Shown: one piece after another, positions 15,451 through 25,900 of the stretch
Numbering within the stretch: position 1 is the stretch's first letter
Layout: every line of letters starts with the position of its first letter
Source of the DNA: an archaeon
GTDB lineage: Archaea > Nanobdellota > Nanobdellia > Woesearchaeales > SM23-78
DNA length: 64,000 nucleotides
Assembly (NCBI GenBank): GCA_043801165.1
Contig: JAZDMG010000042.1
Coordinates: 89 to 64,088 of the forward strand
Direction: 5' to 3'
Translations under genes and position numbers: made by a program
The notes under the pieces: model-generated
Seen by the model: the letters and a program-made list of their open reading frames with translations, nothing else
Databases searched by the model: none
Told to the model about the DNA's origin: nothing

Positions 15451-18400
15451 TCAGTGCTTGTGGTGCCCGTGCTCTGGGTGATGCTGTTCTTCAGCCTGAG
15501 AGCCCTGCTGTGTGCCAGGATCATACTCGACCAAGGGCAAAGGCTTCTTCTTCCTGCTGTTGACCAAGAGCACAATGAAGACAGCCACTATCAGCACCAG
15601 CACTACGCCGATGACTATCTTGCCGATGAGCGCGCCGTTGATCTTCTCCTTGGCAGGCTCCACTGTCTTGTTCTCCTCAGCAGGCTTGGCAGCCTCTGGA
15701 GCCACAATGGTCTCTGCAGGCGGCGTATTGTCAGCTGAGATGTTGATCACAGGGTTAACTGCTGGCGTTGTCAGCTTGAGAGAGGTCTTTGCTCCGATGA
15801 GGAAATAGCTGAACCCAAGGCTCTCTGATTCATAGTATGCGTAGCTGCTATCCTCCCTGACCTTTGTGGTCTTGAGATCCATCCACTTGCTGCTAGAATA
15901 CCTCTTGAAGAAGACATCGGCTGAGCTTATGCCGTTGGCGGTAAGCCAGCTCTTCTCCACTCTGAAGCTTATCCTTATGGGTGTCATGATCTGATCGTCG
16001 GTTATTCCTGCTTTTGTTATCTTCAGGTATTTGTAGATGCCGCCTTCTGCGGCATTCGCATCCGATGGCTTGCTAGGCAGGAGCTCAATGGTTATCTTTG
16101 CCACGCCAGCTGCCTTGTTCAATGAGAACTTAATCTCATAAACTCCGAGCCTGATGTTGCTGATATTCATCATCTGGATAACATTTGCAGGTATTGTGTT
16201 CCAGCTCTTTGATGACTGAGGATTAGTGCTGTTGGATGCAGGGACAGATCCTCCGCCACCGCCTCCGCCATGATTATTGTTGTCTTCAACAACAACGGGA
16301 GTGGAGCTATATGCCGCGAAGTCTGTAAAATGGTATGTCCAAATGATTAGGTCTGTATTGGTTGAATCGTTCGTATAGCACTCCCTTACTGAGCTGTTTA
16401 TGTTTATATTTGTCGGGGCAGATTCATTATCGCAATATGTCAGAATATCAGTAAAGCCGGATGAATTCCTCGCCCACGCGGCCTTTTTACCAGCCATTCC
16501 CCCAATGACCAATTTGACAGGGCTTGAAAAGTTTAATTCACCAGAATAGCCAATAATTATGACTGCTTCTAAGGTTGTTGTCGCTCCAGAAATTGTTGGA
16601 GCGCTTAATCCAGATGCGGATTTTACGGTCGGGAGTATGAACTCTCCATCCCAGCCAGTGCCGCCGCTTATGATCACGTCTGCCGGTATTGAAATGCTGT
16701 AATTTACTGAGCTTCCTGTCCTGGAAATATTAACCTCTCCTCCAAAGCTCATATTGCCATTGGAATCGACTCTCTGCCCAAGATTCAATGTGATTGTCTC
16801 TGTTCCCGCCCTGTCTGAGGGTATGGTTATCTCAGATATGCTTTGGTTTGTCGGGAGGATGATTTCGCTGACATTCTCCGGGACAGAGAAGCTGGACTCG
16901 TTGGCTATCAGCTGGCCAGGCTCAAGCTCTCCTACGGCAAAGCTTATGCTCTGGCTGCGCAGGTGGCTATGGCTGTCATTCGCATAGAATGTGAATGTAT
17001 AGCTTCCGTTTGCCAAGCTGATATAAGACTCTGAGCTGAAGGTATTATTTGCAGTGGTGTTATAATACCATAAGCGGCTTATCCCGCTTAGATCGCTTGC
17101 GCTAAAGTTGATCCTTATTAATTGCCCGACAAAATAGCTTGTGTTGCTTGGAGAAAGAACAGTCAATGTCGGCGCGATTGTGTCAATTGTGAGCGTCCTG
17201 TTGCCGGTGTAAGTTGAATTTGCATAGCTGGTTATGGCTTTGACGCGCCAGAAATATGTCCCGTCAGAGAGTGCTGTGGCTGTGTAGTTGTTTGCGGTCA
17301 GTGTGTAGTTTGATTGTGCTATGCTTACAAAGCCAGCATCACTAGCTATCTCTATCCCATACGTTACCGTGTCGCTGTCTGCGTCTGTGCTGGCTGTCCA
17401 GTTGAAAAATGGCGTTGCGATTGTGGCGTTGGTCTTGTTCAGCGGCTGATCAAGGGTTGGTGCTGTCGGCATCGTGTCCGCCACAACAAAACAGTAAATT
17501 GTCGAATTGTTAGAATTGCCGAGTGTGTCATTTGCCCAATAGTACCAGCATACGTTTGTTCCTCTTGGCGAGGTGATGTTTGCGCTATTCGAGGCATTGT
17601 TAGACGCTCCACTTATGTTGGTGGAGGTGTTCGCCCATGAGCCTGTTGCGTTTGTGAAGAACATGTAATGATCCAGCCCCACCAGGCTGTCTGTTGTTGT
17701 TATGTTAGCTGTGAAATCAGAGTAGCGCTTGAAATCGGCTGATGTGTTTGAGGGATTGGAGAATGTTGGCGCAGCCGTATCCAATATGATTATTCTAGTC
17801 CCTGTTGAATTCATATTGCCCCAGGTGTCATTGGCTGTCGCATTAAGCCTATATGCTCCATCAGGAAGATTCGTGAAATTAGCGAAGAGAGACGTATTGG
17901 AAGGATCAATGGTGTTATTCATGCTAGAATTATACAATCCAGATGAATTGAATAGGAATATTGAAATGCTGCTGACAGCGCTGGAGTCACCAACCGTAAC
18001 ATTCGCCCAGATAGAGCTTCTGGAATAATTCCCTTCCTCTGTTGATGCGGCATCGATGAACACTATATTAGGAGTAACATTCTCTCCGATTTCAAAACCA
18101 AGAGAGTATGAATTTGCGCTTGAGCTTCCAGACTCGTAATAAACGGTTGAATTGAGCGTATTAATCGCATTATAGGCAGTAGATAAAGCGCTGAAATTTG
18201 CGTATAGCGTATAAGATTGCCCTTGCGAAAGATTAACAGAGATGTTATTCCATGATATGGTGTGATTGGCATAGTCCACTCCATTAGGAGCTAATGACGC
18301 ATTGGTATAGTTATAATTCGCATCAAATCCATCCACTACAGTCAGATTAGAAATATTAGCGCTTCCTGTGTTTGTTATATTAATCAACAATCTAATCATT

Positions 18401-21400
18401 TCTCCAACATTCGGCCTTCCAGAGTTAAGCAAAGTTAAATTTGCAGTCACATTCATTTCGGGCTCGGACTCATTTGCCTGAACTGAAAAGTTCAATGCAT
18501 AGGTTGCGTTGTTCCCAGCTTCTTCTCCATAGTCCCATGCAGTTATTATTGCCTGATATTCTCCATTCGACAAATGAGAGGTCGTGTTGCATGAATATAA
18601 TTCAGAGCCATTTGTCTGCGGATTGCAGGTTATATCATAGAGTGGCGGCTGATTATCAGGGTTATAAGACGATTCTGTTCCATTCAGCATCATCTGGACC
18701 CTGCTTATTGGCGTTCCAGTCCCATTTACGCTGAAATTAAAGTTTATTGTTGATGTGATGGTAATGTTTTGGCCATTTGCAGGATATGCCGGCGTTATTA
18801 TAGGAGAGACATTATCTGAAACATTATATCCTGAGAATCCATAGACGCTGAATGTAAGGTTTCCTGTTATTGCATGGAAATCTGGTTCGTACCCGTTTGA
18901 AGTCCAGTTTATGGAAGATATGTTAATCCCTGTCGCATCATTCAAATCCGAAATTATTTCCGGCATCGTCGTGAATGGCAGATGATAAATTGTCACTGTT
19001 GTTGTTCTATTTAACTCTGCAAATGCAGAAGAATTCACATAAATCCTGGACGATCCATGGGAGTTCGGGGGCAAAATATCAAAATCCACTGCCGCCATCA
19101 GGTTTCCAAGCTTTTGCCCTGTTGAGGGGCTGCTGAAGTCCAATGAGCTGAAATTCCACAGCATCATCGTCATATAATCTTGCGGGAGCAGAGAATTATT
19201 TGCCTGGCAAGACATATTGACTTTTATTTCCATGATGAAGCTGATATTTGTAAAATCGAATTCGTCGTTAAAATTCGTTGTTAAAGACCCTATCTCAATG
19301 CATTCCATGCCTGGCGGTGCCTGCTCTCCTCTCGGTCCACCCAGCTGGGGAACACCAAGATCGTGGAGGTTTACTGGTGATGATGCAGGCATACATTCGG
19401 TGTTTCCTGGCCCCTCTCCCTGATCCTCACATTCTTGAGGAGGAGTTATTGAGGTATTGTAAACGCCTGCTGAAGGATTTCCATAAGTATCAACTGCTAT
19501 GAAGCGCACATTGAAACTTGCAACAAAAGACCCATTACTTTCATTCCCATTGCCTGTGTAATTCAATATGTCTGACTGATTAAACAAATCAAAAGTGCAG
19601 TTTCCTTCCCATTTGCCTAATGAAGAATTGTATGCTAATTCAAAGACATCTCCGTCACAGGTTCCGTGCTTAGTGAAGTTCTCAAATTCAGATAGATCTG
19701 CGTACACATAGCCATAGCCCCAGGTCTGGTTCATCCCGATGTTATCGCTGGCTTTTACTGAAAAGTTGATGGTCAATTCATTGGGTGAAAAGAAAATATC
19801 TGCCTGTTTTGTGAAATTCCTGTAATCAGGTATAGTAATTGGGGTTTCAGTCATATTTTGGTCGACAGAGGTCGTATTCCACCAGCTGAAATGCAATTGC
19901 GGAGCTGTCAAGTCAATGGCAAACAAATTTTCCCACGAGCTATCTGAAGTCCAGACATAGTCCTGGGCTTGCACTAAGAAGTTATAATTTCCTTCTTCCA
20001 AATCCTGGACTAATTCCAGATTGCTTGGATTGCCGATTGCATACAGTGTTATCTCAGGTAAATTTTCTTTTGTGAAATTCCCTTGGCCGTTATATTTGTC
20101 CATTTGAGGCCTGAATTTTGTTTCTCCAGGATTTATCAAGGATGTGTTAATGCTGCACCCGGCGCCCTCAAGGCACCAATTTTCCTGAGTCAGCCCAATC
20201 AAGGTTCCGTTTCCAGTCTCAACAGACATATTATAGACCGGCCACCATCTGTATGCCTTGCAATTTGGTTCTCCTTCATATGTGCAACTATCATATTCCT
20301 GGCCGCAATCATATTCTGATGTAGCATTGAATTTTATACAGCCTGGAATTGCATTGAAATACGACTCATTGCTGATTCCATATATCGGTTCGAAATTAAA
20401 TTTGTAATGGACAGGAACATGAAACCCGTTCAATGAACAGGAGCCAAGATCCCATTCTTGCAGGAATGTTCCGCTTCCAGGACTCGCGCATGAGCTATTC
20501 TGCGATATATTGCACAAGGTATCCCATTGAAGGACGATGTAATCGCTTGAATTCAGGATATATGCTGAAGCTTGGCTAAGATGCTCGTCAGAGACATTAA
20601 ATGTCACATTCCATCTTCCCAAGTTATCTTTAACAAAATCATACAATGCTGTTTCATTTATATTAGGGTATTTGTTGTCTATAATTATCGGGTTTATCCT
20701 GTTGGCATTATCAGAAATGTTGTTTTGGTGCCCGGCATTGTCAAAAACACTCAAGACAAGGGTGACATTCCCGCATTCAGCTCCTATTGGGCAGAACTGC
20801 GTCGTATTCCAAAGGCACAGAGTTCCATTTATCGAAACATCGCTTGCATTAACGCAGGCAGTGCTATTGAATGCTCCGTTTGTGTAGATGCCCAATGACC
20901 AATTTTTCAGGTCTGAGTCATTGACATAACCTAAAATTTCCACCTCTCCGCCGCCATATTTAATTATCTCCCCGCTTTCATTGACGTAATTAAAGCCGCA
21001 GGCATCAGAGTATATTGATGTACTCATAAGGTTGACCGCGGTATCAACTGAAAAAGTCCGATTAAATCCCGCCCAGAAACTAGCTGATTCCCCATTCATG
21101 CACATCACATTCCACTGGTAATTGCCGTCGACCAAAGAATCAACAGTAAAGTTGTTATTCTGCCCTAATGATGCATTTGATACATTTGTATTCGTCTGGT
21201 TTTCTGCCCACACTCCTGTGAAGTTTCCCCAAAGAGAGCAATTGGAAACCATCCCGGAGCCATTAACAGTATAATTAAATATGAACGGCGCTGATGTAAA
21301 AGTGTATCCGTCAGAAGGGAATGTCAGATTCACAGTTAAATTTCCCATTTCTCCGCCGCATGTGCCGATGACAATCACATTGCCGCTAGCATTCAGCAGC

Positions 21401-22806
21401 CATTGGGTTGCGTTTGATACCCGCACAGTGTTAGTTAAATTGCCACTGCTTGCGGTAAAATTTGCGTAAATAACATAGCTCTCATTAGGCCCAAGATTTG
21501 AGATCGTCCAATAAACATAATTATCTGATGAAAAGTTGGTTTGAACTGGCGAAGACGCCCAGAAGAAAAATCCTGTGGTATTTCCCAAAGTATCATTGAT
21601 CGTGATATTTGTAAGGTTATAATCGTCATTATTGGTCACATTGATGATGAACTGTATCATCGAGCTGCAGTTCACAGTGTTGTTTTCCATATATTTCACT
21701 ACGGTTAGATTCACTGCTTCCGCTAGTTGTGTATAATTTAGGCTGTAATTCCCTTCCTGGCTCCAGGCACAGTGGTCAGCATCGTCACATCCATAGCAGT
21801 TCCATAAATAAACATCTGAATAAGTAAAATTATATTCAAAATACAGGTCGAGAGATGATGCAGACTCATTATAGGCTCCTGCGACGGAACGGTCATCTGA
21901 ATAGGCAATATCCCCTGTTGAGTTCCATATGAAGATGGTTATATTCCTCAATTGGATATTATCGCTCATATTCCAATCAAAGCTTTCAGTTGCATTAGAT
22001 GTGTTTAGCCCGTTGGCAGGATATACGATATGCACTGTCGGAGGGGTTGTATCAACTGAAAATGTTTGGTTGGATGCTGCCCATGATTCATTTTCCCCAT
22101 TCGTGCACATCACATTCCACGCATATATCCCGTCCGTAAGAGACGATAATGTAAAATTATTAGTGGTATTAATATCGCCAATCGTCACATTATTGCGGGT
22201 CTGGTTTTCTGCCCACACTCCTGTGAAGTTTCCCCAAAGAGAGCAATTTGCAGAATCGGAGCCCGTGACTGTATAATTAAGGGTAAATGGTGCTGATGTA
22301 AAAGTGTATTCGTCAGGAGGGAATGTCAGATTTACATTTAAATTTCCCATTTCTCCGCTGCATGTGCCGATGACAATCACATTGCCGCTAGCATTCAGCA
22401 GCCATTGGGTTGCGTTTGATACCCGCACAGTGTTAGTTAAATTACCCGCGTCGTATGCAGTAAAATTTGCGTAAATAACATAGCTCTCATTAGGCCCAAG
22501 GTTATTGATTAACCAGGAAACATAATCGCATGATGAGAAATTAGTATTCATCGGCGAAGAAGTTTGGAAGGATAATCCGTTTGTGCATAGTGGCGTATCA
22601 TTGACCGTGATATTTGTGAGGTTATAATCATTATTATTGGTCACATTGATGATGAACTGTACCATCATTGAGCTGTTTGAACTGCAATTAACAGTGCTAT
22701 TCTCCGGATATTTTACCACTGAAATATTTGTCTCAGCAGCAAGAACAACCGGCACGAGCAAACAAAGAACAAGAAAATATAGAAATAATATGTCTGCCTT
22801 TTTCAT
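15451..22806 (-). CDS. Giant PGF-pre-PGF domain surface glycoprotein (2451 aa; DUF11-like and Ig-like repeats)
   Basis: Signal peptide; many NxS/T sequons; G7 linker, then WNTI...ISFRVEKSW...ESLGFSYFLIG; C-terminal TM and His-rich tail. Confidence 0.85.
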   Translation of the reverse strand: MKKADILFLYFLVLCLLVPVVLAAETNISVVKYPENSTVNCSSNSSMMVQFIINVTNNNDYNLTNITVNDTPLCTNGLSFQTSSPMNTNFSSCDYVSWLINNLGPNESYVIYANFTAYDAGNLTNTVRVSNATQWLLNASGNVIVIGTCSGEMGNLNVNLTFPPDEYTFTSAPFTLNYTVTGSDSANCSLWGNFTGVWAENQTRNNVTIGDINTTNNFTLSSLTDGIYAWNVMCTNGENESWAASNQTFSVDTTPPTVHIVYPANGLNTSNATESFDWNMSDNIQLRNITIFIWNSTGDIAYSDDRSVAGAYNESASSLDLYFEYNFTYSDVYLWNCYGCDDADHCAWSQEGNYSLNYTQLAEAVNLTVVKYMENNTVNCSSMIQFIINVTNNDDYNLTNITINDTLGNTTGFFFWASSPVQTNFSSDNYVYWTISNLGPNESYVIYANFTASSGNLTNTVRVSNATQWLLNASGNVIVIGTCGGEMGNLTVNLTFPSDGYTFTSAPFIFNYTVNGSGMVSNCSLWGNFTGVWAENQTNTNVSNASLGQNNNFTVDSLVDGNYQWNVMCMNGESASFWAGFNRTFSVDTAVNLMSTSIYSDACGFNYVNESGEIIKYGGGEVEILGYVNDSDLKNWSLGIYTNGAFNSTACVNASDVSINGTLCLWNTTQFCPIGAECGNVTLVLSVFDNAGHQNNISDNANRINPIIIDNKYPNINETALYDFVKDNLGRWNVTFNVSDEHLSQASAYILNSSDYIVLQWDTLCNISQNSSCASPGSGTFLQEWDLGSCSLNGFHVPVHYKFNFEPIYGISNESYFNAIPGCIKFNATSEYDCGQEYDSCTYEGEPNCKAYRWWPVYNMSVETGNGTLIGLTQENWCLEGAGCSINTSLINPGETKFRPQMDKYNGQGNFTKENLPEITLYAIGNPSNLELVQDLEEGNYNFLVQAQDYVWTSDSSWENLFAIDLTAPQLHFSWWNTTSVDQNMTETPITIPDYRNFTKQADIFFSPNELTINFSVKASDNIGMNQTWGYGYVYADLSEFENFTKHGTCDGDVFELAYNSSLGKWEGNCTFDLFNQSDILNYTGNGNESNGSFVASFNVRFIAVDTYGNPSAGVYNTSITPPQECEDQGEGPGNTECMPASSPVNLHDLGVPQLGGPRGEQAPPGMECIEIGSLTTNFNDEFDFTNISFIMEIKVNMSCQANNSLLPQDYMTMMLWNFSSLDFSSPSTGQKLGNLMAAVDFDILPPNSHGSSRIYVNSSAFAELNRTTTVTIYHLPFTTMPEIISDLNDATGINISSINWTSNGYEPDFHAITGNLTFSVYGFSGYNVSDNVSPIITPAYPANGQNITITSTINFNFSVNGTGTPISRVQMMLNGTESSYNPDNQPPLYDITCNPQTNGSELYSCNTTSHLSNGEYQAIITAWDYGEEAGNNATYALNFSVQANESEPEMNVTANLTLLNSGRPNVGEMIRLLINITNTGSANISNLTVVDGFDANYNYTNASLAPNGVDYANHTISWNNISVNLSQGQSYTLYANFSALSTAYNAINTLNSTVYYESGSSSANSYSLGFEIGENVTPNIVFIDAASTEEGNYSRSSIWANVTVGDSSAVSSISIFLFNSSGLYNSSMNNTIDPSNTSLFANFTNLPDGAYRLNATANDTWGNMNSTGTRIIILDTAAPTFSNPSNTSADFKRYSDFTANITTTDSLVGLDHYMFFTNATGSWANTSTNISGASNNASNSANITSPRGTNVCWYYWANDTLGNSNNSTIYCFVVADTMPTAPTLDQPLNKTNATIATPFFNWTASTDADSDTVTYGIEIASDAGFVSIAQSNYTLTANNYTATALSDGTYFWRVKAITSYANSTYTGNRTLTIDTIAPTLTVLSPSNTSYFVGQLIRINFSASDLSGISRLWYYNTTANNTFSSESYISLANGSYTFTFYANDSHSHLRSQSISFAVGELEPGQLIANESSFSVPENVSEIILPTNQSISEITIPSDRAGTETITLNLGQRVDSNGNMSFGGEVNISRTGSSVNYSISIPADVIISGGTGWDGEFILPTVKSASGLSAPTISGATTTLEAVIIIGYSGELNFSSPVKLVIGGMAGKKAAWARNSSGFTDILTYCDNESAPTNININSSVRECYTNDSTNTDLIIWTYHFTDFAAYSSTPVVVEDNNNHGGGGGGGSVPASNSTNPQSSKSWNTIPANVIQMMNISNIRLGVYEIKFSLNKAAGVAKITIELLPSKPSDANAAEGGIYKYLKITKAGITDDQIMTPIRISFRVEKSWLTANGISSADVFFKRYSSSKWMDLKTTKVREDSSYAYYESESLGFSYFLIGAKTSLKLTTPAVNPVINISADNTPPAETIVAPEAAKPAEENKTVEPAKEKINGALIGKIVIGVVLVLIVAVFIVLLVNSRKKKPLPLVEYDPGTQQGSQAEEQHHPEHGHHKH
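16253..16269. repeat. 17-bp poly-Gly linker string, copy 2
   Basis: ccgccaccgcctccgcc. Confidence 0.85.
21194..22720. repeat. Intragenic duplication of about 0.5 kb (offset about 1 kb) in the 2451-aa gene
   Basis: Identical blocks 21194-21243 = 22199-22248 (50 bp) and 21358-21441 = 22360-22443 (84 bp), with diverged patches between them. Confidence 0.9.
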
Positions 22807-22820
22807 TTTTCAACCCCTCT

Positions 22821-22869
22821 TTTATAAAGTACGCACTAAAAGCACGCAATAAGGTGTATATGAATACAC
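22821..22869 (-). promoter_or_regulatory. TATA box and upstream palindrome of the giant surface protein gene
   Basis: tttataaa at 22821-22828; ggtgtat-atga-atacac at 22853-22869. Confidence 0.5.
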
Positions 22870-22931
22870 ATACTTATAAAATTGCCGTTTCGAACTGTAT
22901 GGTTTAAAAAAGTAAAAAAATTATAAACAAC

Positions 22932-25900
22932 CTATTTATGGTGTTCTGTGTGATGCTCAGAAGCCTCATCATATGATAATGAGCTCTTCTTCTTCCTCTT
23001 CAAGGCGAGCACTATGAAGACAGCGGCCAATGCCACCACTATGATGCCTGCTGCTATCTTGCCGATGAGCGCACCGTTGATCTTCTTCTCCTTGGCAGGC
23101 TCCCCTGTCTTGTTCTCTTCACCAGGCTTGACAGTCTCTTCTGGAGTCACTGTGCTCTCATCAGGAGCGGTATTACCCGCTGATATGTTGATCACGGGGT
23201 TGGTGAGCGTTGTCGGTTTAGGAACAGCCTTTGTTCCTATGAGGAAATAGCTGAATCCAGGGCTTTCTGCCTCATAGTATACATAACTGCTGTCCTCGCT
23301 GACCTTTGTGGTAGTAAGATCCATCCATCTGTTGCTCGAGTACCTCTTGAGCACAACATCGGCTGAGCTTATGCCATTGGCTGTAAACCAGCTTTTCTCC
23401 ACTCTGAAGCTTATCTTTATAGGCATCACAACATCATCATCGACAAATCCTGCCTTTGTTATCTTTAGGTATTTGTACACGCTGCCCTCAGGGGTGTTGG
23501 CCTCCAATGGCTTGACTGGCAGCAGCTCGGTCGTTAACTTCACAACGTTAGCTGCCTTGTTCAACGAGAACTTTATATCAGCTAATCCCAGTCTAGTGTT
23601 GCTTATGTTCATTATCTGCATCGTATTGGCCGCTATGGTGTTCCAGCTCTTTGTTGACTGGGGATTGGTGTTGTTGGATGCAGATGAGCTTCCGCCGCCA
23701 CCGCCTCCGCCACTTGAAGATGATGTTGCTGCAGCAACGCTGAAGCTTATTGCTGTGCTTGCGTTGTTGGCGTTTCCGCTCATGTCAGAGCATCTAGCAT
23801 AGATGGCATAGCTGTTGCCTGCGCTCACGCTGTATGTTGCCGTGTGGCTTGTGATGTTGTCTGTGAAGTTGCCTGTCATATTTACATAGGCCAGGTCGCT
23901 CGTCGAATACCTGCAGGTCGCATTCTCATCAGTCGTCACAGATAGTGTGACTGCTGTCGTTGATGAGAGCTGGCTTCCGCTGGGCAGAGCGCCGCTGATA
24001 CCCGGAGCTACTGTGTCAGAAATATTGAAGGTCACGCTTGAATAATTCATCAACCCTGCAGCGTCGATTACAAAGACAGCTAATGTATGAGAGCCATTTG
24101 CCAGATGCAGTGATGTGTTGATGCATGAAGCAAGGGTCACGTTTGCTGCTCCGTCAAGCGAGTATTTGCAGGTGATTGCAGAACCATCGCTGGCAGTGTA
24201 GTTCAATCCTGCATATGAGCCATTGTATGTGGTCGCGGTCGGGCTTGACACTGTCAGTGCAGGATATACTGTGTCAACCGTGAAGCTCCTCTCTGTGCTG
24301 GTTGTAGGGTTATTTGCGTTGTCTGTGCAGTTCCAGTACCATGTCTTTGTGCCGTTTGTAAAGTTGAGGATAGGCGCGATGCTTGTGCTGTTCGCCAAAT
24401 ACAGTGTCATGTTGAGCGATCCGTTGATGTAGAGCCCGCAGCTGATGTTAGTGTCAATACTATCAGAAGGTGTCATGTTGAAGGCAATTGATGCATTGCT
24501 GGTTGTCACGGCATCGGCCGGCCCTGAAATGCTTATGGTTGGTGCAACAGCATCCACGTAGTAAAGCCTTACTCCACTGGTCGCAATGTTCCCTCCGTTG
24601 TCTGTGCAGTTCACGAACCAAGACACAAGGCCATCTCCACTTGTCACGTTGATCCCGCCATAGGTTGATCCGTTGGTTGGGGTGATTGGCAAGTTGTAGT
24701 TCCAGTTTGAGCCGTTGTTCCAGTACATTGTGCAGTTGATGGATGAGCTTCCTGTGTCTGTCACATTGTAATAATGCAAGTTGGCACCGGTACTGACGGT
24801 GACATTGATTCCAGGAGATATTGCTGCTATTACAGGCACTGTGTTGTCAATGAAGATTGCTGTCAGTGTTAGGTCTTCGCTTGAGTTGACGTTCACAGCT
24901 GAGTTATTAACCAGAGTGGCCTTGACCACAAAGGAAACAGATTCTGCAATCGCATCAGTGATATTGACGACAACCACGTGGCTGTTCTCAGCTGTGTTGT
25001 TTTCGAAGCTTAGCTGCAGTATGGCCGAACCATTTATGGTTCCTGTAGCTGAACCGCTGGAGATGACGCTCAGGTTATAGATCCTACTAACATTGTCATT
25101 GTTGGTTATGTTCAGCGTATATGACATCACTAATGAGATGTTTGTTGTTCCAGAGGCCACAGATAGGTTCGTGAATGAGAGATTATAGACTTCTTCTCCT
25201 AGAGTGTAGGTTGAGAATCCTAGCGAGATCGGTATCTCCCATTTTATGTAGTCAGGCCCTGACTCGTTAAGCGTTGCCTGCTCTGATACATCGCTGCAAT
25301 CGGTTATGTTGTTCTCGTTGCACTTGATGAGCTTGTTCCCTGATCCAGGAATCTTGATGGTTATTGAGTCGACTCCGAGGTTCTGGGCCAAGTCAAGCCA
25401 TTTCTGGTTCTGCATGCCAATATGTGCTCGGCCTGATTCATTGGATATGTTGAATGCTGTTGATATGTTGAAATCCAATGCCTTTGACATATCTATGCCT
25501 TTAAGCTCTATCTCCCAATTGGCTTCAGGATTATCGAACTTCAGTTTTGCGTTCTCAAGATAGTTATTCTTTGTTTGGGTCGATCCCTGTGTTATGTTCT
25601 CGTATTCAGTGCCGTTCCATATCTTTATCATGGTTGTGTTCAGCATTGGGTTTGCTGGCGGAATGAAGTCGAACTTGAAGTTCACCGGCTGAGCGCTTGA
25701 TCTGGTGGTGAAGTTCAGGCACGCGCTTGTTCCACAGTTGCCTGCTTTGTCACAGTTGCTTAATTTGTAGAAATATGTTGTCGAAGACGCAATTGATATT
25801 GCCTGGCTCTTTGAGTCAGTGTCGCCATTCTTTATGCCGATATCATGCCATGGCTTGTAATCATCAAAGCTCATTGGGCCTCCGAGCTCGTAGAACGTGT

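Noticed and set aside
21194-22720. Template/variable repeat pair of a diversity-generating retroelement
   Set aside because: Mismatches are not adenine-specific, both copies are in-frame domains of one gene, and there is no reverse transcriptase in the window.
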